Below are positions 26,775 to 39,283 of a stretch of DNA of 57,266 nt, in pieces (the stretch's first letter is position 1; each line of letters opens with the position of its first letter). The DNA comes from Tubiluchus corallicola (lineage: Eukaryota > Animalia > Priapulida). Under the pieces are notes generated by a model. The model made no database searches, was not told where the DNA came from, and worked only from the letters and a program-made list of their open reading frames with translations. Location of the stretch: positions 1 to 57,266 of the forward strand of contig JAQGDQ010001177.1 in NCBI GenBank assembly GCA_030141605.1, given 5' to 3'. The position numbers were made by a program, and so were the translations under genes.

Positions 26775-27150
26775 AGCCCATTTCACAGGATAAATTCCTT
26801 GCGGCGTTCCTTACGAAAACGGAATGCGTTGTTTTCTATGGCCCATTTCACAGTGAGAACGCGCGACAAAACGTCTCGAGGAGAAATTCCTTGCGGCGTT
26901 TCTTACGAAAACGGAACGCGTTGTTTTCTATGGCCCATTTCACAGTGAGAACGCACGACAAAACGTCTCGAGGAGAAATTCCTTGCGGCGTTTCTTACGA
27001 AAACGGAACGCGTTGTTTTCTATGGCCCATTTCACAGTGAGAACGCACGACAAAACGTCTCGAGGAGAAATTCCTTGCGGCGTTTCTTACGAAAACGGAA
27101 CGCGTTTGTTTTTCTATGGCCCATTTCACAGTGAGGACGCGCGGCAAAAT
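26775..27150. repeat. 92-bp tandem repeat (~4 copies) starting with GGCCCATTTCACAGTG
   Basis: Units at 26840, 26932, 27024, ~27118. Confidence 0.9.
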
Positions 27151-27573
27151 GCCTTTTGCAGTTCCTCTTGAGGAGTTCTGCTGCTAGCAGGAAGCTATGC
27201 GTCCTCCTCATGAAGAATTTTGCTACATGGTAGAAATACTGCCTGTTCCATTTTTGTGAGGAATCCTCGCGAAATTCAGTCTTGAATTTAACTACCTAGT
27301 TACTTCTTTCTTATTTAACGAACAACAATTAACACATTTCAGGACAAAATTCAATTTAATTTCTCTTTTAACAGACTGGTATGTGTTTTATTAAAACAAC
27401 ATCGATTTTTTAATCTTTATTTATATGACTATAATAGTGAAATATATTGTATGACTATATTAGTGAAAAAACTAACGCACGCACATATTTATTTTATATA
27501 CATGTACACTTTCACATTTTGAAGTGGTTAGTAGAACTTTACTAGAAGAAGAAACAGCTCTGACATTACATTA

Positions 27574-28112
27574 GTTGGTTGGCATCCTTTTGTCTCGGAA
27601 GACAATGGAGTGTGGGCCAAGAGAGTCAGTTATTGATCACACTGATGGAGCTGCAGCGTCGACTGTGGCTGAGCAGTGCGATCCTTGAACGTCTCCAGGG
27701 CTTACGCCTGGGCAAGGTGTATGGATATCCTGAGTTGCCCAGACCGCAGGAACCCCCTCTCTTCCTCCCTGATGTAGTCCAAAGGAAAGCGGAGCGGCAC
27801 CAGGTTGGCTGCTGGAGCTGCCGGAGTCAGTGAGCAAGCTGCACTGGTCCACTTTCGGGGCTCCACTCCTGATTTGGAAGGTTTACTCCTCTACACATGG
27901 CCGTTGGGTCACTTGACCTCCTCCGCCCTCTAGCCGTTGGCTGCTTGTGCAGCTCCTCCGCCTAGTGTCGAGATACAGTGTGGGCATCCCGCAAGCCTAC
28001 AGCACTTGGCATTCCTTGGTGGTCACCCATCCAAGTACTAACCAAGCTCTACGTTGCTTAACTTCGGTGATCAGACGAGAACCGGTGTTTTCACCGTGAT
28101 TTGGCCGTAGTC
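27574..28112 (-). mobile_element. 5S rRNA-headed SINE (SINE3-type) with RTE-derived body and tail, copy 1
   Basis: 120-bp 5S head; body; RRSRIALLSHSRRCSS remnant; (CCAA)n tail; TSD TACATTA at 27567-27573 and 28113-28119. Confidence 0.85.
27993..28112 (-). rRNA. Full-length 5S rRNA-derived sequence (SINE head; probably not a canonical gene)
   Basis: GACTACGGCCAAATCACGGTGAAAACACCGGTTCTCGTCTGATCACCGAAGTTAAGC...TTGGATGGGTGACC...GCTGTAGGCTT; no T-run terminator. Confidence 0.85.
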
Positions 28113-28394
28113 TACATTATGTTTGACTATTGTATAACATTACATTACATAACATAATATTATATAACATAACACCACATTACATTACATAACATTACAT
28201 TGACTAATATTATTAATTGTATATGAGAAATACGAGAAGTATAGCTTAAATTATTTTATTTTTCATTTTAAATTTATTTCATATATTTAAAAGCGCATAG
28301 CATTGTATAAAAATTAAAACATACTCAGCTATACTATCAAATTGTAATTTAGAAATGGTTATATAGTATAAAATTCGCTGCAGCTAACTGCAGG

Positions 28395-29001
<607 letters not shown>

Positions 29002-29545
29002 ATATGAAACATCTCTTGGCAGTATTATCAATAACCACTTGACAAATGGACGCGCGGAAAAACTGTCCGGTTTCAGTGTGAAATGAACTTTCTTGCTGCA
29101 TGGAAATTCCGCGTCATTTTACCCCGCGTCTTCAGTATGAAATGAGCCTAATTTAGACATATTATCTACATTTCCTGGGTTGTAAACTGGCCGTGTTTCA
29201 ATGCTGCCAGGTTTGTGTGTGTTTAGCGGATTGGTTTAAACATTAAACGTCGTTTATTGACGGTTTATTATGACCGGCACGATTGACTGTCGCTGGCTTC
29301 GTAAACGTCACAATCACTGGCTTCATAATGTCATAAATTTACAGCTTCATTGCGAACAGAGACGCTTGTTTGCTATGATCTCAGGGTTGGTAATAACTAG
29401 TAAGTTGTCATGCAGGAGAAATCAACATTGGAATTAAAATCAAATTGCGATCAGTGAGCTGATAAGAGCAGCTTTCTAGTCGTCATCCGCAGTTTATGTT
29501 TGTCAAGTGGTTATTGATAACACTGCCAAGAGATGCTTCGCATTC

Positions 29546-29695
29546 TCCCTCCCTCTCTTTCTCTCTCTCTCTCCTTCTCTCTCTCTCTCCCTCCCTCTCT
29601 CTCTCTCTCTTTGTCTCTCTCTCTCTCCCTCTTCTATCTCCCCTTTTCTCTCTCTCTCTCTGTCACTCGTTCACACTCTCTCTCCTTCTCTCTCT
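29546..29695. repeat. (CT)n-rich tract, inverted homologue of 28470-29000
   Basis: Shares diagnostic interruptions (CCCTCTTCTATCTCCCCTTTTCTC; CACTCGTT.ACACTCT). Confidence 0.85.
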
Positions 29696-29699
29696 GGCT

Positions 29700-30160
29700 G
29701 GCGAGCTCAACTATTGATGACATCACAAACTAACATAATTTCAACAGCAAAAACATTCCGTGAGAGTTTTGTACGTATTTGCGAAAACGAAAATTGAAGT
29801 ACAGTACTACTGTAAGATATTCAGTATTTTGTACTAACCATGCAAGTGTTAAGATAAAAATTCAAATTTCAAATTTACTGCTGTACTCACGCATGAGCAG
29901 TCGAACGTGTGTAGTTCGTCACAAACTAACACATCTGAAATGAGAGGCACAGCGCCTAGCTTTTGAGCAATGGATTCTGAAATGCAGATACTAGTGCCCG
30001 TTTAACTAGCGAATAACGAAATGCATGTAACAGCGAATAGCTAGTGGCACGAACGCGAAATTGTGTTTGTGTGGTAATAATTCTTTCATGTAAGTCATTT
30101 TTGAAAAAATTGTATGTTTCCTTTCAATGTTTTAAAGAGTAGATTGTTTTGACCTACAGT
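29700..30160 (+). mobile_element. Family D interspersed repeat, probably a DNA transposon fragment
   Basis: Homologous to 41445-41800 (CAACTATTGATGACATCACAAACTAACAT ... GTAAGTCATTTTTGAAAAAATTG). Confidence 0.7.
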
Positions 30161-30397
30161 TTAACATTGGATTCGATTTCGCTTTAACAAAATCGGATTT
30201 TTTGTTTTACAAATTCTGCGTCAGCTGTAACAGTTACATAATTAAAAATCTCTTTGACACACAAGCTGTTACTCTGAACAGTAATGTCCAACACATTTGT
30301 CTTTAGAAGTGAGTTCATTTATTTTTTATTTTAAAATGGTGCATAAATTCGTGCATAAACTGGTAGATTTAAATTTTGAAATTTCTTCACTTTTGCT

Positions 30398-30499
30398 ACC
30401 ACCACACGATGACACAGCTATAAACTTTTTATCAATTATTCTAGGTTGAAATTGTGTAAACTTGCTTTTTCAAACAGAATTTCTTGTATATGGAATAAT
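30398..30499 (+). mobile_element. CR1-like LINE ORF2 C-terminal remnant
   Basis: TTR*HSYKLFINYSRLKLCKLAFSNRISCIWNN resembles CR1 TRGH..KL...FSNR...WN. Confidence 0.6.
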
Positions 30500-31070
30500 C
30501 CATATACATTTATGGAACTTACTGCCCAGTGAAATAAAACAAATAGAATCTCTCCACCACTTTAAAAAGAAATTAAGAGAATACCAATACAACAGGTTTC
30601 AACTTCCAGATTATGCATCTGATACTAATTACACAGACTCAATTTTCATCTACCCCCGCCACTGACTCCATAAAACGATTAAGAATGTAAATTTTTTCAA
30701 AAAATTATGTAATGTAATACGTGTCATGTTAGTTTTTTAATGTCAAATGTATAAATAGTGTAAACGTAATGAGTGAAATTTATGTAATGTAAAGCATGTT
30801 TCTGTTAATTGTGTCATGTCAAATGTATATATAGTGTAAAATATGTCATGTAAAATTTAATGTACTTTTGTAATATTGTTTTGTAAAAATATTTTAATAT
30901 GATGTTTCTAAATATGTTCATTTATTGTATCTAGGCCTCAGTTTTTTTAGTCTGCACTGGACGCATTTGTCTTGAACAGTGTTGTTATCTTAATATTACG
31001 CTGAGGCCTACTCAATTTTATTATAATGAGTGAACCATTTTAATGACAAGTAAGGAAAGAAAAATTAAAG
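30500..31070 (+). mobile_element. L2/Crack-like LINE 3' end
   Basis: LWNLLPSEIKQIESLHHFKKKL...YPRH*; 3' UTR hairpin TAGGCCTCAG...CTGAGGCCTA; reverse copy at 48930-49036. Confidence 0.75.
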
Positions 31071-31134
31071 TTAAAGAAATTGTCATTTCTTCGAATCTGT
31101 TTAAGATTGATTCCGTTTTTGCTTTAAGCTTGTC

Positions 31135-31602
31135 CACAAAGCAATCTAAAACAAGTTAAGACAAATACCCACTATGGAACGAACTCTGTAATCAAACAAG
31201 CTATTCTACTTTGGAATTCTCTGCCATTACAGGTTAAACAAATCAAGTCCCTATCAGCATTTAAAACAAAATTAAAATCACTAATATTAACCAGATATGA
31301 AATACCATCACACCAGTACGACAACATACACACTAATTCAGAATTCATATATCCACGGCCATATTAATTAAATCATAATTTTTTCATTTTTTTGTGCTTA
31401 GTTGTAAATATGTTTGATTTTATTCGTCGTTACGTTCCATTACTGCAGAGTAGTTTAGATTGCACTGATGCATTTGACTTTAGCAGTATAAGTTTTTATT
31501 AACTAACACTGATTGATCATCTCTGTAAAGTTTTTATCAGTGATTATCAATGTATTTTAATGGCAAGTAAAGATTATATAGATATATATATATATATATA
31601 TA
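31135..31602 (+). mobile_element. Related L2/Crack-like LINE 3' end with (TA)n tail
   Basis: TNTHYGTNSVIKQAILLWNSLPLQVKQIKSLSAFKTKLK...YPRPY*. Confidence 0.75.
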
Positions 31603-32019
31603 TGCAAAGAAATAAACTTGTTTTTAAGAAAAAATTTCTTGCTATATTTTTGACAATGTCTGTGTGACGCAGATGCAGCTGCAGAATTCACATCTAAGAA
31701 TCTGATTTATTTATAAATTGCGTTCGTAAGAAAATTCTTCTCTTAATAATAATCAAGAGATTATGTATCGGTCTCGTCTTACAATATAATAATGAGAAAT
31801 TTAAAACTGAAAAGTTCTGATATTCAGAATTTCTGATCTTATGTCTAGAATGAAGCCGTAAATTTTAATTAGGGCTAAATTATTGAGTTAATAAGTCAAT
31901 AATTTATGAAAATTCTAGCTTTTTGCTTGGAAATTCCCGATGAAGCCAATTGTAAACTGTGGAAACGAGAAACGGTAGATTTTGCTACGCTATCGCGATG
32001 TTTATAGCATTGCGAGTAT

Positions 32020-32029
32020 ATCATCATCA

Positions 32030-32113
<84 letters not shown>

Positions 32114-32343
32114 CCATCGCCATCGTCATCATCATCGTCATCGTCGTCGTCGTCGTCATCATCGTCATAATCATCATCGTCATCGTCATCATCATCGTCA
32201 TCATCATCATCATTAGCATCGTCATCGTCATCGTCATCATCATCATCATCATCATCATCATCACCATCATCGTCGTCGTCATCATCATCATCATCGTCGT
32301 CGTCATCATCATCATCGTCATCATCACCATCATCGTCGTCGTC

Positions 32344-32387
<44 letters not shown>

Positions 32388-32477
32388 CATCATCATCATC
32401 ATCATCATCATCATCGTCATCATCATCATCATCATCATCACCATAATCATCATCATCATCATCATCGTCATCATCAT
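32020..32477. repeat. (TCA/TCG)n trinucleotide repeat
   Basis: Direct inspection. Confidence 0.95.
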
Positions 32478-32554
32478 CTTTCCTCATGTAATAAAGACAG
32501 TAATGTGTCGGGAGAAAAGAATCCCATGCTGGTAATTTATTATATCGAGTTGTT

Positions 32555-33377
32555 AATGTCGTGACGTTGACTATCACAGTTTGTGCAATGGTGGGCATCT
32601 TCTCTTTCAGGCGGTTTGGATAAAATTGCTATAAAACGCCAATGTGATGTCACACTGAGGTCTACGTCACACTGGCGCCACAGATGAACACTGCATGCTT
32701 GTCACGGTACGGCGCCTATTTGTTGCCCATGCGAATTTAACAAAAAGGCGTCATTGCAGGTCTTATTGGATTCGCTGAGCTGCGCTTAGCTTTGAAAGTT
32801 TAAGAAAATTTACCTTATCCAAGGTAATTATTATTTAATCTAAGCTTTGATTTAAAAAGGCCTCGTAGTTTTCAATACACTACACTATCACTACATACAG
32901 TGCAACACTAATGTTAGAAAATTTTCTATTAAATACAATGGCCCCTACATATGGAATTCAATTGCTCCAGCTATTAAAAAAGCCAACCCACTGTCCATGT
33001 TTAAAATAAATTATAAATTAAACTTACTTGAAACATATAACTGATTACTCAATCATGATTTGTATAATAATCCCCTCTAGTATAATAATATTTTTATTAC
33101 TTCCCACCCGTATTTATATTGTATATATTCTAATATTGTATCTGTATATATTGTAATTTTTTTCGTAGCTAATTCTAGTGGCCTACCATAAGCTAGCTTC
33201 TTAGGTCTCTAGCGCAGAATTCATGAATTAACAAAAACTGATTATCGATGCGCATGTAATGTATATGTATATGTTTATTGCGAAATAAATCTATTAAATC
33301 TATCTAAAATCTATCTAAAAATATTTTAGAACATTCTTTATTTTGAACTAATGTTTACACAATCGTCCGGTTTTCTT
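32555..33377 (-). mobile_element. Family A element interrupted by a LINE
   Basis: Reverse-complement homology either side of 32878-33320; ends TCCGGTTTTCTT. Confidence 0.8.
32878..33320 (+). mobile_element. L2/Crack-like LINE 3' end inserted in family A
   Basis: TNVRKFSIKYNGPYIWNSIAPAIKKANPLSMFK...YN*; AATAAA plus (AATCTATCTA)-like tail. Confidence 0.8.
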
Positions 33378-33799
33378 ATAAAAGCTGTTTACAACTTTCT
33401 GCACTAATTTGTTTCTATTTCACACAACGACGCTCAGCAAATTAGAACAAGAATTCAAAACTGGAAATTAAAAGATGATATGATCACGCATAAATCATGA
33501 TTGATGAACTTTTCATCATCTGCAAGGCCTATAAAGTTCTATTAAGAGATGGCATCTGTTTAATCAATCATTCATCTATAGCTGCGAGCATAGTTGTGAA
33601 CATTATCTGATTTGTACACCAACCGTGCGTGGTAGATGTCACCCTCAAAATGTGATGAGGGTAGATTATGTAAAAAAAATGTAATGGCTTGCCAGTCTGT
33701 TCACGCTGAAGTTGTTCACTCTGTAGGTATTCGTTGCTAGTACGAGTTTGAACGTCAAATGTCGTTGGTCAGATTTAAGATCGCAGTTAAGACAGAGAC

Positions 33800-34255
33800 T
33801 TGTTAAAGGTCACAGGTCAGATTTCAAGATCACACACCTAAAAAGTTGGGGCTGCGTGCAAAAGGTCAAAGGTCAGATTTCGAGTTCGCACACCCAAAAA
33901 AGTTGTTGCACGTAGCAAAGGTTAGACGCCAGATTTCAAGGTCACACACCTAAAAAGTTGAGGCTGCGTGCCAAAGGTCAAAGGTCAGATTTCAAGGTCA
34001 CACATCCAAAAATTTCAGACTACATAGCGAAGGTCACAAATTAGAATTGAAGGTCACACACCAAAAAGTTGAGAATACGTAGCGAAGGTCATAGGTCATG
34101 TTTTAAGATTACACACCCAAAAAGTTAAGAATACGTAGCGAAGGTCACAGGTCAGATCTAAAGGTCACACAGAAAACTGTAGCTACGTAGCGAAGGTCGC
34201 AAGTCAGATATAAAATTCACAATAATACGTGTCAAAGATCAAAGGTCACCTAATA
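33800..34255. repeat. Degenerate ~56-bp tandem repeat rich in AGGTCA
   Basis: AAAGGTCA(A/C)AGGTCAGATTTCAAGGTCACACACC units at ~56-bp spacing. Confidence 0.8.
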
Positions 34256-34640
34256 GAGTTGAACTACATATTGTAGGTCAATCTCTAGCGAGAGTTTGAA
34301 ACTGTCATAAATGTTTGGTAACGTGACTCGTTCAGGAGAGATTTTTATGTGGAACAAAAAGCTTTAAAAACTAATAAAACTCTTAACGGATGGCTTTACA
34401 TTCTTGATAACGTTCATTGCTTACCGTTACTGCCCATAAAGTTTGTAAATAAAAAACTATAAAAGCAGCTAATGTCAAATTTAAAGGAGAAGTACCTCTC
34501 AAAAAACTTTCTATACAATGTTATAATACCTAGCATTTTCCTTTAAGCGTTTGTTTGAAAGACATATTTCCTAAATTTCTGCAAAACTTTTAAGAAAATT
34601 CTTAATAACTTAAAATGTTTGCGCCAACTGGTGTAATGTG

Positions 34641-35191
34641 GTTGGTTGGTTGGCATCCTTCTGTCTCGGAAGGCAATGGAGCGTGCGCCAAGAGAGTCAG
34701 TTATTAATCACATTGATGGAGCTGCAGCGTCGACTGTGGCTGAGCAGTGCGATCCTTGAACGTCTCCAGGGCGCACGCCTGGGCAAGCTGTATGGAGATC
34801 CTGAGTTGCCCAGACAACAGGAACCCCCTCTCTTCCTCCCTGGTGTAGTCCAAAGGAAAGCGGAGCGATACATTTGGCACCAGGTTGGCTGCAGGAGCTG
34901 CCGGAGTCAGTGAGCATGCTGCACTGGTCCACCTTTGGGGCTCCACTCCTGATTTGGAAGGTTACTCCTCTACACATGGCTGTTGGGTCACTTGACCTCC
35001 TCCGCCTTCTAGCCGTTGGCTGCTTGTGCAGCTCCTCCGTCTAGTGTCGAGATACAGTGTGGGCATCCCGCAAGCCTACAGCACCTGGTATTCCTAGGCG
35101 GTCACCCATCCAAGTACTAACCAGGCTCTACGTTGCTTAACTTCGGCGATCAGACGAGAACCGGTGTTTTCAACGTGATTTGGCCGTAGTC
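34641..35191 (-). mobile_element. 5S rRNA-headed SINE with RTE-derived body and tail, copy 2
   Basis: Colinear with 27574-28112 plus a ~9-bp insertion; imperfect TSD TGGTGTAATGTG / TGATATAATGTG. Confidence 0.85.
35072..35191 (-). rRNA. Full-length 5S rRNA-derived sequence (SINE head)
   Basis: GACTACGGCCAAATCACGTTGAAAACACCGG...AGTTAAGCAACGTAGAGCCTGGTTAGTACTTGGATGGGTGACCGCCTAGGAATACCAGGTGCTGTAGGCTT. Confidence 0.88.
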
Positions 35192-35481
35192 TGATATAAT
35201 GTGACTGCTTCATTATCCCAGTGTGCACCGGGTAAGCGTTACTGCCTCAACAAAAATCCTACACACGTACTATAAGTAATTAACAGAGCTATTCAAGTCT
35301 TACTAAAATGACTTACCAAAATGAACATTCAGACAGAAATGGACATTTAAAACGTTGTTATGCTGTCTGAATAAAGTAATAAAGCTGTATACATTCCAGT
35401 GTTTGTTTCTATAACAGCCAGTACTAGCAATTTTCTGTGTTGTTAAAAACTAGAGACAATGTTTATTTAACAAAATTAGAA

Positions 35482-35895
35482 TGTATTGCATTGCATTGGA
35501 TTGTGTTGTATTGTATCGCGTTGCACTGCACTGTTGTGCACTGTACTGCGCCAAACAGGACTGTATTGTACAGTACTGCCCTGTGCTGTATGACATTGTA
35601 CTGCACTGTACCGTACAGTATCGCGCAGTACCGCACTGTGCTGTACTGTAATGCACTGCACTGCACTGTGCTGCTCCGGACAGGACCACACAGTACCGTA
35701 CACCTTCCCAGGCCGTACTGTACTGTGCTGTACTGTGCTGTACTGTGCTGTACCGTACCGTACCGTACCGTACTGTACTATACTGTATTGCGCTGTGCTG
35801 TGTAGTATTATATTGTACTGTATTGTGCAGTACTGCACTGCATTGCACTGTACTGTATTACACTGTACAACCCCCTACTGTAAGATGCCGTACAG
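35482..35895. repeat. Degenerate pentanucleotide repeat (TACTG/CACTG/TACCG)
   Basis: Direct inspection. Confidence 0.9.
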
Positions 35896-36644
35896 TGCTC
35901 TCTCACATTTTCCTTGTATCAAAGCATGCAATACCGTTGCATTCAGCCACCAACAATCAATTTAACGCGATCGTTCCACATCCTAATGTCGTCATTGTGC
36001 TACTAATGTGCTGTTGTGTGTATAACTGATTTAGTTATTATGTATGCCGGCAACTGAAACGGTTTTTGCCACTTTCTCACGGAGACCGTCATGCGTAATG
36101 ACAGTTTAGCCTGCCTACCTGTTACGATGGTATAATTAGTGAAACGGTAATTGCTTTTAGGAACACAAGAAAACACTTCAGGCGTGCAGCGCGTGTCTAA
36201 AACACATTTACACGATCAAGTGGGAGAGAGAAACTGGCTTCTAGGCTTCGTGAAACAATCTTTGCTTTTTATTTATGTCAAAATGAAAATTGGTGGTGTG
36301 AAAAGTAGCAGTTAATAAATCAAGCAGTTTTTGTGGAGTAAGAAGTATCCCGGCGGTTAATTAGTGCAGAAAAAACACGCTAAAGGTGTGAATCAGATGG
36401 GACTTGAACTCGAAACCTTGCGATTAGAACTTGTACGCGTGCGCCCAAGCCTCATGAAAAGCAACCAAACCAGGATTTTTGTCCTTTAAACACACGAATC
36501 AGCGCCATCTATTCTCACTAAACTGAATCTTAGCTTATGGATAATAGCAAGTTTAAGGTTTCTATTTGAGTTTTTTGACTTTTCAAAACAAAACACAACA
36601 AATCATCACTCTGACCAAATCAGGTTCAAAGCGCTTTGAAATAT

Positions 36645-37116
36645 ATTACATTGTACTGCTTTGCATTGCATAGCATCGTATCGTATAGTGCCTCGTTGTG
36701 TGTTGCGTTGTATTGTATCGTATCGTGTTCTGTTATATTTTGTTCTGTTCTGTTCTGTTCTGTTCTGTTCTGTTCTGTTCTGTTCCGTTCCGTTCCGTTC
36801 CGTCCCGTTCCGTTTCGTTTCGTTTCGTTTCGTTTCGTTTCGTTTCGTTTCGTTTCGTTTTGTGGTGTCGTGTCGTGTCGTGTCATGTCATGTAGCACCG
36901 TGTTGCATTGCATCGTATCGCATTGAACTGCATTGCATTGTACTGCACCGTATTGTATGAAATAGTGTTGTGTATAATGTAATGTATTGCAATTATTGTG
37001 GTGCACTGCACTGCACTGCACTGCACTGCACTGCACTGCACCACACTGCACTCCACTGCACTGCACTGCACGTCGCTATGCTGCACTGTACTGTACTATG
37101 CTGCACTGTACTGTAC
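36645..37116. repeat. Compound pentanucleotide repeat (TTCTG, TTCCG, TTTCG, TGTCG, CACTG)
   Basis: Direct inspection. Confidence 0.93.
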
Positions 37117-37597
37117 GGGACAAAGCAGCTGCAAGCTTTACAGTAGTCTAATTAATGAGCATCAGTGACGTGTTGTGATATTTAATATTATTTTAAAAGA
37201 CGGACAAGCAAAAATTACAAATCTCGATTATCAGAGTCTAACAAGAAGTAGTAGAAAACTGAACTTGCGATAAGAGTTCTGCCAACTACATTTAATATCC
37301 GTAAAGCTACTAGCATTCACTGAATACCAATCGCAATTAGGCAACACAAACACTGGTCAATAAGTGGTTAGGTGACCACCAGGTTTAATACTCTGTCCTA
37401 TTGGTTTCATTTTCACATTGATTGTGGCTGTTTGTCTCAATGAGCTAGGATGTGGCGAACCTACTTGAGACACTACGAGTGGTGCAGTGACTCATTTTAG
37501 AGGATTAGCTTTGATAATGATTCTAATTGTAATTAATGCTCCACCGTAAAAACAACCATACTAAATAGGTCCTGTAGTACTTCACAACGCTTTGCAG

Positions 37598-37736
37598 TGT
37601 GTGCGTGCATGTGTGTGTGCGTGCGCACGTGCGTGTACGTGTGTGTGCGTGTGTACGCTTGTGTACGTGCGCGTGCGTGCGTGCGCGTGTGTACGTGCGC
37701 GAGCGTGCGTGCGCGTGTGTGTGTGTACGTGTGCGT
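37598..37736. repeat. (GT)/(GCGT) alternating purine-pyrimidine tract
   Basis: Direct inspection. Confidence 0.9.
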
Positions 37737-38319
37737 TGAAATGCATAAAAAATTAAAAATTTGAAAATGCGTGAAATTTAATAGCTCTTAAAACAAGCAT
37801 TTGCTTCAGCTGAAAGTCTTGCATGATTTACTGAAGCCAAACGCTGGAACCTGAACGGTTTATGGCGCTTGTAACAAGTTGAAAACGTTTCAAAGTTATT
37901 CGACGTATTTAGAACGGGTATCAATTGCAAAAGCTGAATTCAGTGTGTGTAATACTAGAAAACCTAAACGCAAGATAGTACAAACTGTCAAGTGTTGTTC
38001 ATTTTACGAACTTTAATAACTTTAATAAGCAGACTGAGACAGGGCACAATAACGACAGCGACAACTGCAACAACAGCAAACAAGGACGAACAACAACAAC
38101 AACACCAAGTATAACGTCTATACGTTACTTTCAAACCTGTCTAAATCAACACGTATCACATTTTGCTCCTGTTGATAGGTTATTAGCTGAAGTTAATTGG
38201 TAACGTTTAGCAATTAAACTCACGCCGTGCAACGAATTGGTTCCGTTAATTTCATTAGAGATCTAAGGTACTAATGGCGAACGAATGGACGTGATATGGA
38301 CAAGCCGAGTAACTAGAGA

Positions 38320-38459
38320 GCAACACCAACAGCAGTAGCAGCAGCAACAACAACAGCAACAGCAGTAGCAGCAGTAGCAACAACAGCAACAGCAGTAGCA
38401 GCAGTAGCAACAAAAACAGCAACAACAACAACAACAACAACAGCAACAAAAACTGCAGC

Positions 38460-38497
<38 letters not shown>

Positions 38498-38572
38498 GAA
38501 TAACAACAAGAATAACAACAACAGCAACAGTTGCAGAAGTAACAGCAACAACAACAACAACAATAACAACAA

Positions 38573-38616
<44 letters not shown>

Positions 38617-38757
38617 ACAGCAACAGCTGCAGAAGTGGCAGCAACAACAAAAACAACAGTAACAAGAGCAGCAGCAACAATAACAACAGCAACGACTAAC
38701 AACAGCAGCAGCAGCAGCAACATCATCATCATCATCAGCAGCAGCAGCAACGACAAT

Positions 38758-38791
<34 letters not shown>

Positions 38792-38792
38792 G
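38320..38792. repeat. (CAA/CAG)n trinucleotide repeat
   Basis: Direct inspection. Confidence 0.95.
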
Positions 38793-39283
38793 CTTGTGCT
38801 ATAATTGACAACAGACAAACAGACAAACAAACAAAAAACAAAACTAAAGCGTCAAGTTGGTGTAATTTCAAACTATGCATGATGTGCGATATTTTCCACT
38901 CTTTGCTGCTTTAGTAGTGTATTTTTTGCTATTTTTTTCGTTCATGTGTTATAAACATGACAGACCTGGTAAACAGAATGCTGACACCAGGTGTCAGTAA
39001 AAGTGTTTTTTGGCAGTTATACTCGTGTCGTGGTTGTTAGTGCAGTAAGGAAAGAGAGTGTGGCTCTGTCTGAGAGTCAGTAATTTAAGTCAGTTTACTA
39101 AGTTTTGTTCCAGTCTAACGTAACGAAAAAAAAAAACTTAATTTAACGTACGAAGATAACAAAAATGTTTCAAGAACATGAGTAAATCTGGTAACTTTTG
39201 TGTGGTGTGTTTATATTGATCCAGTACAAGATAAATACACAAGAAAACCGAACCCCCTAATAAAGCTAAAATTTTACACATAT

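Noticed and set aside
27579-27852. ORFs in the SINE body (also 34638-34977) as a conserved small gene
   Set aside because: Similarity reflects repeat copies; no consistent start codon; only a short RTE C-terminal remnant is recognisable
36395-36445. tRNA gene on the minus strand
   Set aside because: Only a box B-like arm is visible; no complete cloverleaf
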